Source: a virus
Taxonomy: Duplodnaviria; Caudoviricetes
DNA length: 30,443 nucleotides
Direction: 5' to 3' (one strand)
IMG/VR virus record: IMGVR_UViG_3300032232_001030
Span: 1-30,443 of that record
This document shows, piece after piece, positions 17,145 through 24,847 of the stretch (positions are counted from its first letter, which is position 1; each line of letters begins with the position of its first letter). A program made the translations under genes and the position numbers. The notes under the pieces are model-generated. The model was given only the letters and a program-made list of their open reading frames with translations. It was not told the DNA's origin and made no database searches.

Positions 17145-18903
17145 ATCTTTTATAGAATTAACGGAAGAAAAAAATAAGGCCGTAGTCTTGCACTATGGTC
17201 GTATGAATCCTCCTACAAAAGGCCATGAAGAAAATATCAATGGCGTAAAAGATTTGGCTGCAAAACATAATGCAGACCATTTAGTTGTCGCTTCACACAC
17301 TCAAGATAAGAAAAAGAATCCATTAAGTCCCGAACAAAAACAAAAGCATTTAAATAGAGCTTTTCCAGATACAAACATCGAAGTTGCTTCTAAAGAAAAA
17401 CCTACAATCATGCACCATGCAAAAGCTTTAGCTGCAAAAGGTTATAATCACCTTATCGTAGCCGCTGGTGCTGACAGAGCAAAAGAATATCACGACCTAT
17501 TACACAAATACAATGGTAAAGAATACAACTTCAAAAAGATTACAGTAACATCTACAGGTCAAAGAAAAGAAGGTGTGTCTGGTACAGATATGCGTAATCA
17601 TGCTAAGAACAATGATTACAATTCATTTAAAAAGAATTTACCATCTAATGTTCAAAAAAATGACAAACATTCAAGAGAGTTATTCCATGATACCAAATCT
17701 GGTATGGGATTACACGAAAGCGCAAATCGTAGTATGTTCAAAGCATTATTCCTGGTTGGTGGACCTGGTTCAGGTAAAGATGTTATTATCCGAGAAGCAA
17801 TTGCAGAAAAGAACGCAGTTGAGATTAATGCCAACAAAGCCTACGATTTCATTATTGACAAGTTAAAGTTATCTGAAGAAACTAAAGACTATCAACTTAA
17901 TGCTATTAGAAATAGAAACGCATTGGTGATTAATGGTGCTTCAGATGACATCACTAAGATTTCTACTATCAAAGAAGAACTTGAAGAATTAGGTTACACA
18001 ACAATGATGGTGTTTGTTAATACAACAAATGAGATATCAGAAAGACGTAACCAACAACATTCTAGAATCATTTCTGAACAAATTAGAGTTGATAAGTGGA
18101 ATAAATCACAAGAAAATCTTGATAAGTTTTATAATATATTTGAAGCTTTCTTAGAGTTTGATAATTCAATCAATTTACAGGAATCAGATGCCCTTGTAAA
18201 AGAGAATAAAGAAAACGAACTGAGTGACATGTGTAATGAAATCTCATTCTTCTTTAGAACTAAAGTATTGACAGAATTGGCTAAGGATTGGTTAAGATCA
18301 AAAGGTCGATTAGATGTTAATGAAGACATTAAATCTCTATTTGAGAAGAAAAAAGTATTAAAAGATAACAGTGCTCCAATAACACAAATGATCAGAAAAG
18401 ATGGTAAAATTGATAGAGTTGATGATGGTGATGTTAAAGATAACTCCAGTTATATTTTTAGAACATATGTTGAATCAAATCCAACATTGAAGATTAATCC
18501 AATACCAAAAGTGCCAAATTTTGATCAAGATAAAGAATCTAAAAAGAATAAAAGAACAGCAGTAAATGGTATATTGCCAGGTAGAGTTATGAATGGAACA
18601 GGCGTGGGTGATACATGGGATAATAGAACTTCCGGTACCGTATATCCAATGAGTGGTCTTGGTAACGCTACTTACAGAGAAAGTTTCAGTAAATTTAGAA
18701 ATAAAGTTAAAGAGGCCATTGACGATCCAGGTGCTTCAGACATGGGAACGTTTGGTGGTATGGGTAATGGTGTCGATAAAGAACCATTAGAAACACCATT
18801 GAACAAATTTTCATCATCTGGTGATAATACAAAGAAAAAAAAGATAAATAAGCAATCAAATGCTGGTTCTAGCGTAGAGCAGAAGCAAACCAGCGAAAAA
18901 TAA
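17131..18903 (+). CDS. Fusion of an HxGH (cytidylyl/NMN-adenylyltransferase-like) nucleotidyltransferase, a P-loop kinase-like domain and a low-complexity tail
   Basis: YGRMNPPTKGH, KNPL, AGADR, SGTDMR in the first ~195 aa; then FLVGGPGSGKD...LGYTTMMVFVNT...RN (zeta-toxin/AAA_33-like). Confidence 0.8.
   Translation: MTQIKSFIELTEEKNKAVVLHYGRMNPPTKGHEENINGVKDLAAKHNADHLVVASHTQDKKKNPLSPEQKQKHLNRAFPDTNIEVASKEKPTIMHHAKALAAKGYNHLIVAAGADRAKEYHDLLHKYNGKEYNFKKITVTSTGQRKEGVSGTDMRNHAKNNDYNSFKKNLPSNVQKNDKHSRELFHDTKSGMGLHESANRSMFKALFLVGGPGSGKDVIIREAIAEKNAVEINANKAYDFIIDKLKLSEETKDYQLNAIRNRNALVINGASDDITKISTIKEELEELGYTTMMVFVNTTNEISERRNQQHSRIISEQIRVDKWNKSQENLDKFYNIFEAFLEFDNSINLQESDALVKENKENELSDMCNEISFFFRTKVLTELAKDWLRSKGRLDVNEDIKSLFEKKKVLKDNSAPITQMIRKDGKIDRVDDGDVKDNSSYIFRTYVESNPTLKINPIPKVPNFDQDKESKKNKRTAVNGILPGRVMNGTGVGDTWDNRTSGTVYPMSGLGNATYRESFSKFRNKVKEAIDDPGASDMGTFGGMGNGVDKEPLETPLNKFSSSGDNTKKKKINKQSNAGSSVEQKQTSEK
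18843..18850 (+). promoter_or_regulatory. Probable T4-type late promoter (GATAAATA)
   Basis: NATAAATA ~66 nt upstream of the ATG at 18917, which has a CAGGAG RBS. Confidence 0.5.
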
Positions 18904-18916
18904 ACAGGAGATAATA

Positions 18917-21004
18917 ATGTCAAAATTTGCCCCACATGTATCAGAATCACTAATCGATGCGGTTAGTTTAATTCTGGATGAAGCTAAAGTCGAACCAGAT
19001 GCACCAGATGCAGCTGCTATTGCTAGACGTAAAGCGTTACAAGCAATAAAAGACAAACAAGAAGACGAAAAAGCTGAAAAGGGTGAAGACAAACCTAAAA
19101 ATGCTAGCACTAAAGTAGCTGGACATCAATACGGTGGTGCAAAACAAAAACATGAACCTGAAATTGAAGAAGAATTAAAAGGCAATCAACATAAGATTGA
19201 TGCCAACAAAAACGGCAAAATTGATGCTGATGACTTCAAGAAATTACGTGGTGAAGAATTAAAAGGCAATCAACATAAGATTGATGCTAATAAAAACGGT
19301 AAGATTGATTCTCATGATTTTAAACTTCTTCGTGGTAAGAAAAAAGCTAATGAAGATATTGAATTAGATGAACGTGAATTATCTCCAGCTGAAGCAGACA
19401 AAAAAGAAAAGTATGTTAAATCAATGAAAAAAGGTTTAGCAGGTTTCAAAGCGAGATATGGTTCTAAAGCTAAAAATGTAATGTATGCTACTGCTACAAA
19501 ACTTGCTAAACATGAAGGATATTTCAAAAATATCGATATTAAAAATCAAGAAAAAGCTGAAAAAGCTAAAAAAGATTTACCATTCACACCAGATAAAAAT
19601 CCTAAAAAAATAGCAACTCCAGGTAAACATGGTTATGGTCCATCAGCTGCTAAACAATTAGCCAAACAAGGTATGGCAGGTCTCACTAAAGAAGGCACAG
19701 GCGGTCCAATCTATCCAAAACCTTTCATTAAACTTGGCGATCTTCTTGCTCGTGCTAAAGATATGAGAAATATCAAACAAGCAACTATTGTTAATCCTAA
19801 AGATGAAACTCAAATTGTTATGAAAAAAGAAGAAGTTGAACAAATTGATGAAGGAATGTCACCAAAAGATGCTTCTAATAAAGCTACTATTAAATCTATG
19901 ATAGCAAAAAAAGAAGACAATAATCAAGATAGTGATAATCAATATGATTCACATAAAGATGCCGCTTTAGCTCATAAAATAGCTAGAGATAAGTATGAAA
20001 AAGGTTCTAAAGAATATAATGACCATGATAAACAACATAAACATCATTTAGAAGTTATAGGTGAAGAATCTATAAAAGAAACAATGATGGGTAAAGCTGG
20101 TTGCACTTCAGAAGACGATAAAAAAAAAGCTGAGAAACCAGTAGATTACGATAAACCAACATTCTTACGTAAAAAGGATGATTGGAGAAAAAGTAATCCA
20201 GCACATTTACCTAAACCAACAAAAGAAGAAGTTGAGTTGGATGAACGTATAATTACACCAGGCACAGGAACTTCACCTGACCCACTACTAGCTAGAACTG
20301 GATTAAATAAAGTTTTAAGAAAACCAAGAACTGGCCAGACTAATTTAAAAAATATACCCGGTGGAAATTTACCAGGAAGCCAATATAAATTTTCTGATGA
20401 TGAAAAAACTAAACAAAAATCATTATTAAAAACTGCAATTAAATCAACACTTGCTAATAAAGAGCATGGTGCAAAACGTAAATTGCCAGAAGAGATTGAA
20501 CAACTTGATGAATTGGATCCTAAAACATTAGCATCATATGCAAATAAGGCAGTTGGTGACACAAGTAAAGACCGATCAAAAATGATTAAGGTTGCCGACA
20601 AAAAACTTTATGGTAATCCAGATTTGAGATACAAATCTGAAGGTTTTAACACATTTAAAGGTGTGGCCGCTGAAATAAAAGCTGGAACATTTAGTAGAAG
20701 TAAACCTGATTTAGAATTGGCCAAACAAAAGAAAAAAGATTTAGAATCTTCTTTTGAAAATAAAACAAAAAAGAGAACTGAAGAAGTTTCAATAGATGAA
20801 ACAGCAACACTAGACAAATATATCAGATCAATGGGTTATGATCCACAACATCTCGATAAGAATAAAAAAGTGATGTTCGCTAAAACGAATGCATATAAAA
20901 CATTTGCTTCATCACAAAAAACAGAAGGTTTATATGATGGTGGCCAAAAAGGCACTCAAGACATCGATGTTCATATGTCACCAGGTGCGACTGCTAGAGG
21001 ATAA
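18917..21004 (+). CDS. Large charged modular protein, probable internal-head polyprotein
   Basis: K/E/D-rich 695 aa; two EF-hand-like repeats; recurring E(E/D)[IV]x(1-2)[IL]DE spacers. Confidence 0.7.
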   Translation: MSKFAPHVSESLIDAVSLILDEAKVEPDAPDAAAIARRKALQAIKDKQEDEKAEKGEDKPKNASTKVAGHQYGGAKQKHEPEIEEELKGNQHKIDANKNGKIDADDFKKLRGEELKGNQHKIDANKNGKIDSHDFKLLRGKKKANEDIELDERELSPAEADKKEKYVKSMKKGLAGFKARYGSKAKNVMYATATKLAKHEGYFKNIDIKNQEKAEKAKKDLPFTPDKNPKKIATPGKHGYGPSAAKQLAKQGMAGLTKEGTGGPIYPKPFIKLGDLLARAKDMRNIKQATIVNPKDETQIVMKKEEVEQIDEGMSPKDASNKATIKSMIAKKEDNNQDSDNQYDSHKDAALAHKIARDKYEKGSKEYNDHDKQHKHHLEVIGEESIKETMMGKAGCTSEDDKKKAEKPVDYDKPTFLRKKDDWRKSNPAHLPKPTKEEVELDERIITPGTGTSPDPLLARTGLNKVLRKPRTGQTNLKNIPGGNLPGSQYKFSDDEKTKQKSLLKTAIKSTLANKEHGAKRKLPEEIEQLDELDPKTLASYANKAVGDTSKDRSKMIKVADKKLYGNPDLRYKSEGFNTFKGVAAEIKAGTFSRSKPDLELAKQKKKDLESSFENKTKKRTEEVSIDETATLDKYIRSMGYDPQHLDKNKKVMFAKTNAYKTFASSQKTEGLYDGGQKGTQDIDVHMSPGATARG
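19169..19336 (+). repeat. Tandem 2 x 84 bp repeat encoding EELKGNQHKIDANKNGKIDxxDFKxLRG
   Basis: Units 19169-19252 and 19253-19336; the first ~35 nt are identical, with mostly synonymous divergence after. Confidence 0.9.
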
Positions 21005-21005
21005 C

Positions 21006-21563
21006 ATGGATCAATTAGACGAATTTGCTAAAGAAGTTGTAGATAGATATATCAAGTCTATGGGTTATAATCCTCAGACCATCAGTAGAGATAAACGTAT
21101 GGCATTTACGAAGACTACACGTTTTCAACAATACGCTCAACGTATGGGTGAAGCACTTGAATTTCCTGGAGATGATGGCATGAATCCTAAAGGTTCTAGT
21201 TCTAAAGTTGTCGGTGAAAGAGCAAAAGGAATGTCTAAAAACGCAAACCTAATTAAATCGATATACAAGTATCATAAACTTAAAAAAGAAGTAAAAGAAG
21301 AGCTATATGACCACGAAAAAGATGATAAAGGTGGTAACGAAACATATGGCCAGAAACCCAAATTTGCTAAAGTAAAAGAAGGTGAGAAAGAAGATCAGTC
21401 AGATAGTAAAACAAAAGCAGCGGCTGTATTAACTGGTGGAACAACATTAACAGGTCAAAAACGAGATGATGTCGAGTTTGATCCAATGTTGAACAGACCA
21501 AATACTAACTCTGATGCTTCTGGAATGCAAATTAAAGCAAATAAAAAAAACATAAATAGATAG
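21006..21563 (+). CDS. Hypothetical protein, probable internal-head protein
   Basis: ATG at 21006 with GAGGA RBS (the ORF track's 20889 start is an upstream extension); shares the YI.SMGY.P motif with the upstream gene. Confidence 0.7.
   Translation: MDQLDEFAKEVVDRYIKSMGYNPQTISRDKRMAFTKTTRFQQYAQRMGEALEFPGDDGMNPKGSSSKVVGERAKGMSKNANLIKSIYKYHKLKKEVKEELYDHEKDDKGGNETYGQKPKFAKVKEGEKEDQSDSKTKAAAVLTGGTTLTGQKRDDVEFDPMLNRPNTNSDASGMQIKANKKNINR
21551..21558 (+). promoter_or_regulatory. T4-type late promoter (CATAAATA)
   Basis: NATAAATA 33 nt upstream of the ATG at 21592; AAGGAG RBS. Confidence 0.6.
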
Positions 21564-21591
21564 TAACATCTAAGATTAAAGGAGAATAAAG

Positions 21592-22143
21592 ATGTCCTCA
21601 TGGGGAAATAACGATAACGCAGCTAACTCACCTCTTATGGGTGCGACAACTGTAAATTTAGCACCAACAACTGCCAATAGAACTTTACTTTACGGTAACA
21701 CTAGAATTAGTCAAATCGTAACTGGTGAAGAATATGGTATATTTGGTGTTGACGCAACTGAAGCTAAATTAAAAGGTGCTGGCGCACATACTGGTTGGGT
21801 TGCAAGAACAAAAGGTACAGGTCCAATTCTCACAATTACAGCTAACACTGGCGCTCATGGTGCTAATGGATACTTAACATTTACTGGTGGCGGCTCAGGA
21901 AATTCTGCTGCTAATGCTTACATGTATGTGAAAACAACAGGTGAAGTTAAAAATGTGGTAGTATTAACTGCCGGCACATATTCAGCTACACCAACAGCAG
22001 TTAGACCAGCAGGCGGTGCTTCAAATTCAACATTCACAGTTGTAATGGGTGGTCGTGCTAATAGAGAACAACAAGAAGTATTAGCTGCTATGCACACCAT
22101 TATTGGTGACGGATCAGACGACACAGAATACGCTGATTCCTAA
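21592..22143 (+). CDS. Virion structural protein (head fibre/decoration-like)
   Basis: MSSWGNND, IFGVDATE, HTGWV, GRANR.Q.EVLAA; G/A/T-rich beta-type insert; late promoter, strong RBS and a downstream hairpin. Confidence 0.65.
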   Translation: MSSWGNNDNAANSPLMGATTVNLAPTTANRTLLYGNTRISQIVTGEEYGIFGVDATEAKLKGAGAHTGWVARTKGTGPILTITANTGAHGANGYLTFTGGGSGNSAANAYMYVKTTGEVKNVVVLTAGTYSATPTAVRPAGGASNSTFTVVMGGRANREQQEVLAAMHTIIGDGSDDTEYADS

Positions 22144-22154
22144 TAATTGATGCA

Positions 22155-22182
22155 AGGTGTCGATGAGTAATCATCGGCATTT
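22155..22182 (+). terminator. Stem-loop with GUAA tetraloop (terminator-like)
   Basis: aggtgtcgatga-gtaa-tcatcggcattt: 12 bp stem with three G-U pairs, immediately after the TAATAA stop; only a short U tract. Confidence 0.55.
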
Positions 22183-22185
22183 AAC

Positions 22186-22572
22186 ATGTTAAATGATTTA
22201 AATGATGAAAATTTTACGATATATGCAATGAAATCTTACAATTCTCCAAATTGCATAATGTCGGAATTTGAGGGTGATTTAAAAAGAACGAAGTATCTTA
22301 AAAAGTTATTTCGTAAATATAAAAAAAGCAATATATTAAAAGAGAGATTGATACTTAATCATATCATTCTCGTTTACAATGTCTTTGGTGTAGAAGCAGC
22401 CACAAGGATTCTATTCTATAAGATAGATGATCGTGACTACGATATACTAAAGACATTTTTATTGTATCTCAATTATATGCCAGAAAGAATTTCTGGTATT
22501 AGAGGTAATAACATAGATTCATCTACTATTATGGTAGATATGAATATTGCAGAAATATTAAGAAAACTATGA
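22186..22572 (+). CDS. Conserved T4-like phage hypothetical protein
   Basis: L..ENF..YAMK.Y..P.C...EF..DLKR.KY...LKERLILNHII..YNVFG...LKTFL.YL pattern recognised from aquatic T4-like phages. Confidence 0.75.
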   Translation: MLNDLNDENFTIYAMKSYNSPNCIMSEFEGDLKRTKYLKKLFRKYKKSNILKERLILNHIILVYNVFGVEAATRILFYKIDDRDYDILKTFLLYLNYMPERISGIRGNNIDSSTIMVDMNIAEILRKL

Positions 22573-23003
22573 AAACGTTTAAATCTTTTTTAGAAGAAGT
22601 TAAAAAACCCACAGGTGATTTAAAAGATGCTTGTTGGAAAGGTTATATTGCTGTCGGAACAAAAAAGAAAAATGGCCAAGAAGTTCCTAATTGTGTTCCA
22701 ACCAAAGAAGAAATAGAATTAGAAGAATCAACTCCAGCATGGCAACGTGCTGCTGGTAAAAATCCAGAAGGTGGTCTCAATAAAGCCGGTGTTGCATCAT
22801 ATCGTAGAGAAAATCCAGGATCAAAACTACAAACAGCAGTCACTACTAAACCAAGCAAATTAAAGCCAGGTTCTAAAGCAGCTAATCGCAGAAAATCATT
22901 CTGTTCAAGAATGAAAGGTATGAAAGTTAAATTAACTTCAGCAAAAACTGCTAAGGATCCAGATTCAAGAATTAACAAATCATTAAGAAAGTGGAATTGC
23001 TAA
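22569..23003 (+). CDS. Putative internal head protein (CW.GY...VPNCVP module plus basic DUF6321-like module)
   Basis: Leader MKTFKSFLEE; DACWKGY...EVPNCVP; EEIELEE spacer; KNPEGGLNKAG...RRKSFCSRM...SLRKWNC. Confidence 0.7.
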   Translation: MKTFKSFLEEVKKPTGDLKDACWKGYIAVGTKKKNGQEVPNCVPTKEEIELEESTPAWQRAAGKNPEGGLNKAGVASYRRENPGSKLQTAVTTKPSKLKPGSKAANRRKSFCSRMKGMKVKLTSAKTAKDPDSRINKSLRKWNC

Positions 23004-23710
23004 TGAAATCATTTGGTAAACTAAGAAAAGAAGCTTGTTGGACAGGTTACAAAGCTAAAGGTATGAAAAAGAAAGGTGACCGAATGGTCCCTAATTGTGT
23101 GCCTGAAGAAGTTCAATTACAAGAAGAAGATGGTTATTCACACGAAGTTCATGTTCGTAACTATGACGAACCTGATGATGAGAATTCTACATTTCCAAAA
23201 GATCATATAAATCATGGTGTTAATATTCACCATGGAACATATAAAGGCGCTACAGATAAAGGTTATGTGTTTGGCTTCAGAGAAAAACAACACGCTGACA
23301 AGTTTGTTAGTCATGTAAATGCACATAAACATACTCATGCTGAACATCTATCGGAAGATGTAGAACAAATTCAAGAAATTGGTAAAACTGAAAAAGGTAG
23401 AGATGATTTAAAGAGATATCGTCAAAAAGCAATTTTAGATAAAACATACAGTATGATCAGACCTAGTGCTCCTAATGCTCTAAATGATAGACAATGGAAA
23501 AACAGACACACAGGTATTGCTCGAGCGACAAAAAGATTAGGTGAAGACGGTATTGCTGTTCCAGGTCCAACAAATACAACAGGCTCAGGTGCTGTTGCAG
23601 GTATGGGACAACCTCCAGGCAGTAAATCAGGAGAACCAGGTGTTCATCCTATGAGAAAAAGAAAAGTAGTTCTTTTACCAATGGGTCGTAGAACCCCACC
23701 AAAAATGTAG
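23003..23710 (+). CDS. Putative internal head polyprotein
   Basis: ATG at 23003 overlaps the upstream TAA; MKSFGKLRKE|ACWTGY...VPNCVP; EEVQLQEE and EDVEQIQE spacers; His-rich middle module. Confidence 0.7.
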   Translation: MKSFGKLRKEACWTGYKAKGMKKKGDRMVPNCVPEEVQLQEEDGYSHEVHVRNYDEPDDENSTFPKDHINHGVNIHHGTYKGATDKGYVFGFREKQHADKFVSHVNAHKHTHAEHLSEDVEQIQEIGKTEKGRDDLKRYRQKAILDKTYSMIRPSAPNALNDRQWKNRHTGIARATKRLGEDGIAVPGPTNTTGSGAVAGMGQPPGSKSGEPGVHPMRKRKVVLLPMGRRTPPKM

Positions 23711-23721
23711 AAAGGTGAATT

Positions 23722-24345
23722 ATGAGTTTCGAATTCGATTTTACTGAAGACAAATTAAAAGAGTGTGTGCCAACTAATAAGAATATTAGTGGACTATTCG
23801 CCGCTTTATCTGAAATTTTACCAAAGTATGATATCACAACACCACGTAGAGTTGCTGGTTTCTTAGCACAATGTGGTCATGAATGTGCTGATTTCAATAC
23901 ATTAAAAGAAAATTTAAATTATTCAGCTGAAGGTTTAAATAAAGTATTTACTAAAAGATTCCCTACAGTAGAATCAGCTCAACCATATAATCGTCAACCT
24001 GAAAAGATTGCTAATAAAATTTATTCAGATCGTATGGGTAACGGTAATGAAGCCTCAGGTGATGGTTACAAGTTCCGTGGTCGTGGTGCTATTCAATTAA
24101 CAGGTAGAGAAAATTATACTAAATTTGCTGATTCTATTGGTAAAGATGTTGATGAAGCAGTGACATATTGTGATACACTTGAAGGTGCTATTGAATCTGC
24201 ATGTTGGTTCTGGACAACTCGTAACTTAAATGCTAAAGCTGATGAGAATGATGTTACTGGTTCAACAAAAATTATTAATGGTGGAACCCACGGTCTAGAT
24301 GATCGTAAATCTCGTTGGTTAAAAGCTTTAAAGGCATTTAGTTAA
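23722..24345 (+). CDS. Glycoside hydrolase family 19 endolysin
   Basis: FLAQCGHE, ENLNYS, IANKIY..RMGNG, GDGYKFRGRGAIQLTGRENY, SACWFW, INGG..GL.DR. Confidence 0.93.
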   Translation: MSFEFDFTEDKLKECVPTNKNISGLFAALSEILPKYDITTPRRVAGFLAQCGHECADFNTLKENLNYSAEGLNKVFTKRFPTVESAQPYNRQPEKIANKIYSDRMGNGNEASGDGYKFRGRGAIQLTGRENYTKFADSIGKDVDEAVTYCDTLEGAIESACWFWTTRNLNAKADENDVTGSTKIINGGTHGLDDRKSRWLKALKAFS

Positions 24346-24346
24346 A

Positions 24347-24847
24347 ATGTGGTTTCTATTAAATCTTATACCAGATGAGTGGTATAAATTATTTGTCCAT
24401 GGTGTAGTTGTTCTAGGATTAGGTTTAACTGTTCTATCAACTATATTAAGATGGAAATTATATCAAATCATTGGTATTCTAATTTTAATAATTGGAGTAT
24501 TTTTTGAAGGTAGTTACACTACTGAAATGATGTGGCGTGCTAAAGTTCAAGAAGTTCAGAAAAAACTAGATGAAGCTAACGTTAAGTCTAAAAAAGAAAC
24601 TGTAAAACTTCAAAAGAAAATAAATGCACAGACACAATTAATTAAACAAAAGGCAAAAGATAATGCAAACCTTATTAAACAAAATGCAAGTAAGATTGAT
24701 GTTGATTGTAAGCTCAATGATACTGCTATCGAGCTGCACAACACTGCTGCCAGTCAAGGCAAAGTTTCCGGAACCTCCAAAGGAGTTACTGGAGAATTGC
24801 CCAAACAGTCTTCAAAACTCCCCAGAGAAGACTTCAAAATTAAGTGA
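24347..24847 (+). CDS. Rz-like inner-membrane spanin
   Basis: N-terminal TM helices, periplasmic coiled coil with a late Cys; directly follows the endolysin; overlapped by a lipoprotein ORF. Confidence 0.7.
   Translation: MWFLLNLIPDEWYKLFVHGVVVLGLGLTVLSTILRWKLYQIIGILILIIGVFFEGSYTTEMMWRAKVQEVQKKLDEANVKSKKETVKLQKKINAQTQLIKQKAKDNANLIKQNASKIDVDCKLNDTAIELHNTAASQGKVSGTSKGVTGELPKQSSKLPREDFKIK

Noticed and set aside
19169-19336. Direct repeat as a CRISPR array
   Set aside because: Only two in-frame coding units, with no spacers.
20889-21005. Upstream extension of the 21006 ORF overlapping the 695 aa gene (possible frameshift fusion)
   Set aside because: ATG 21006 has its own GAGGA RBS immediately at the upstream stop; no convincing slippery site with a stimulatory structure.
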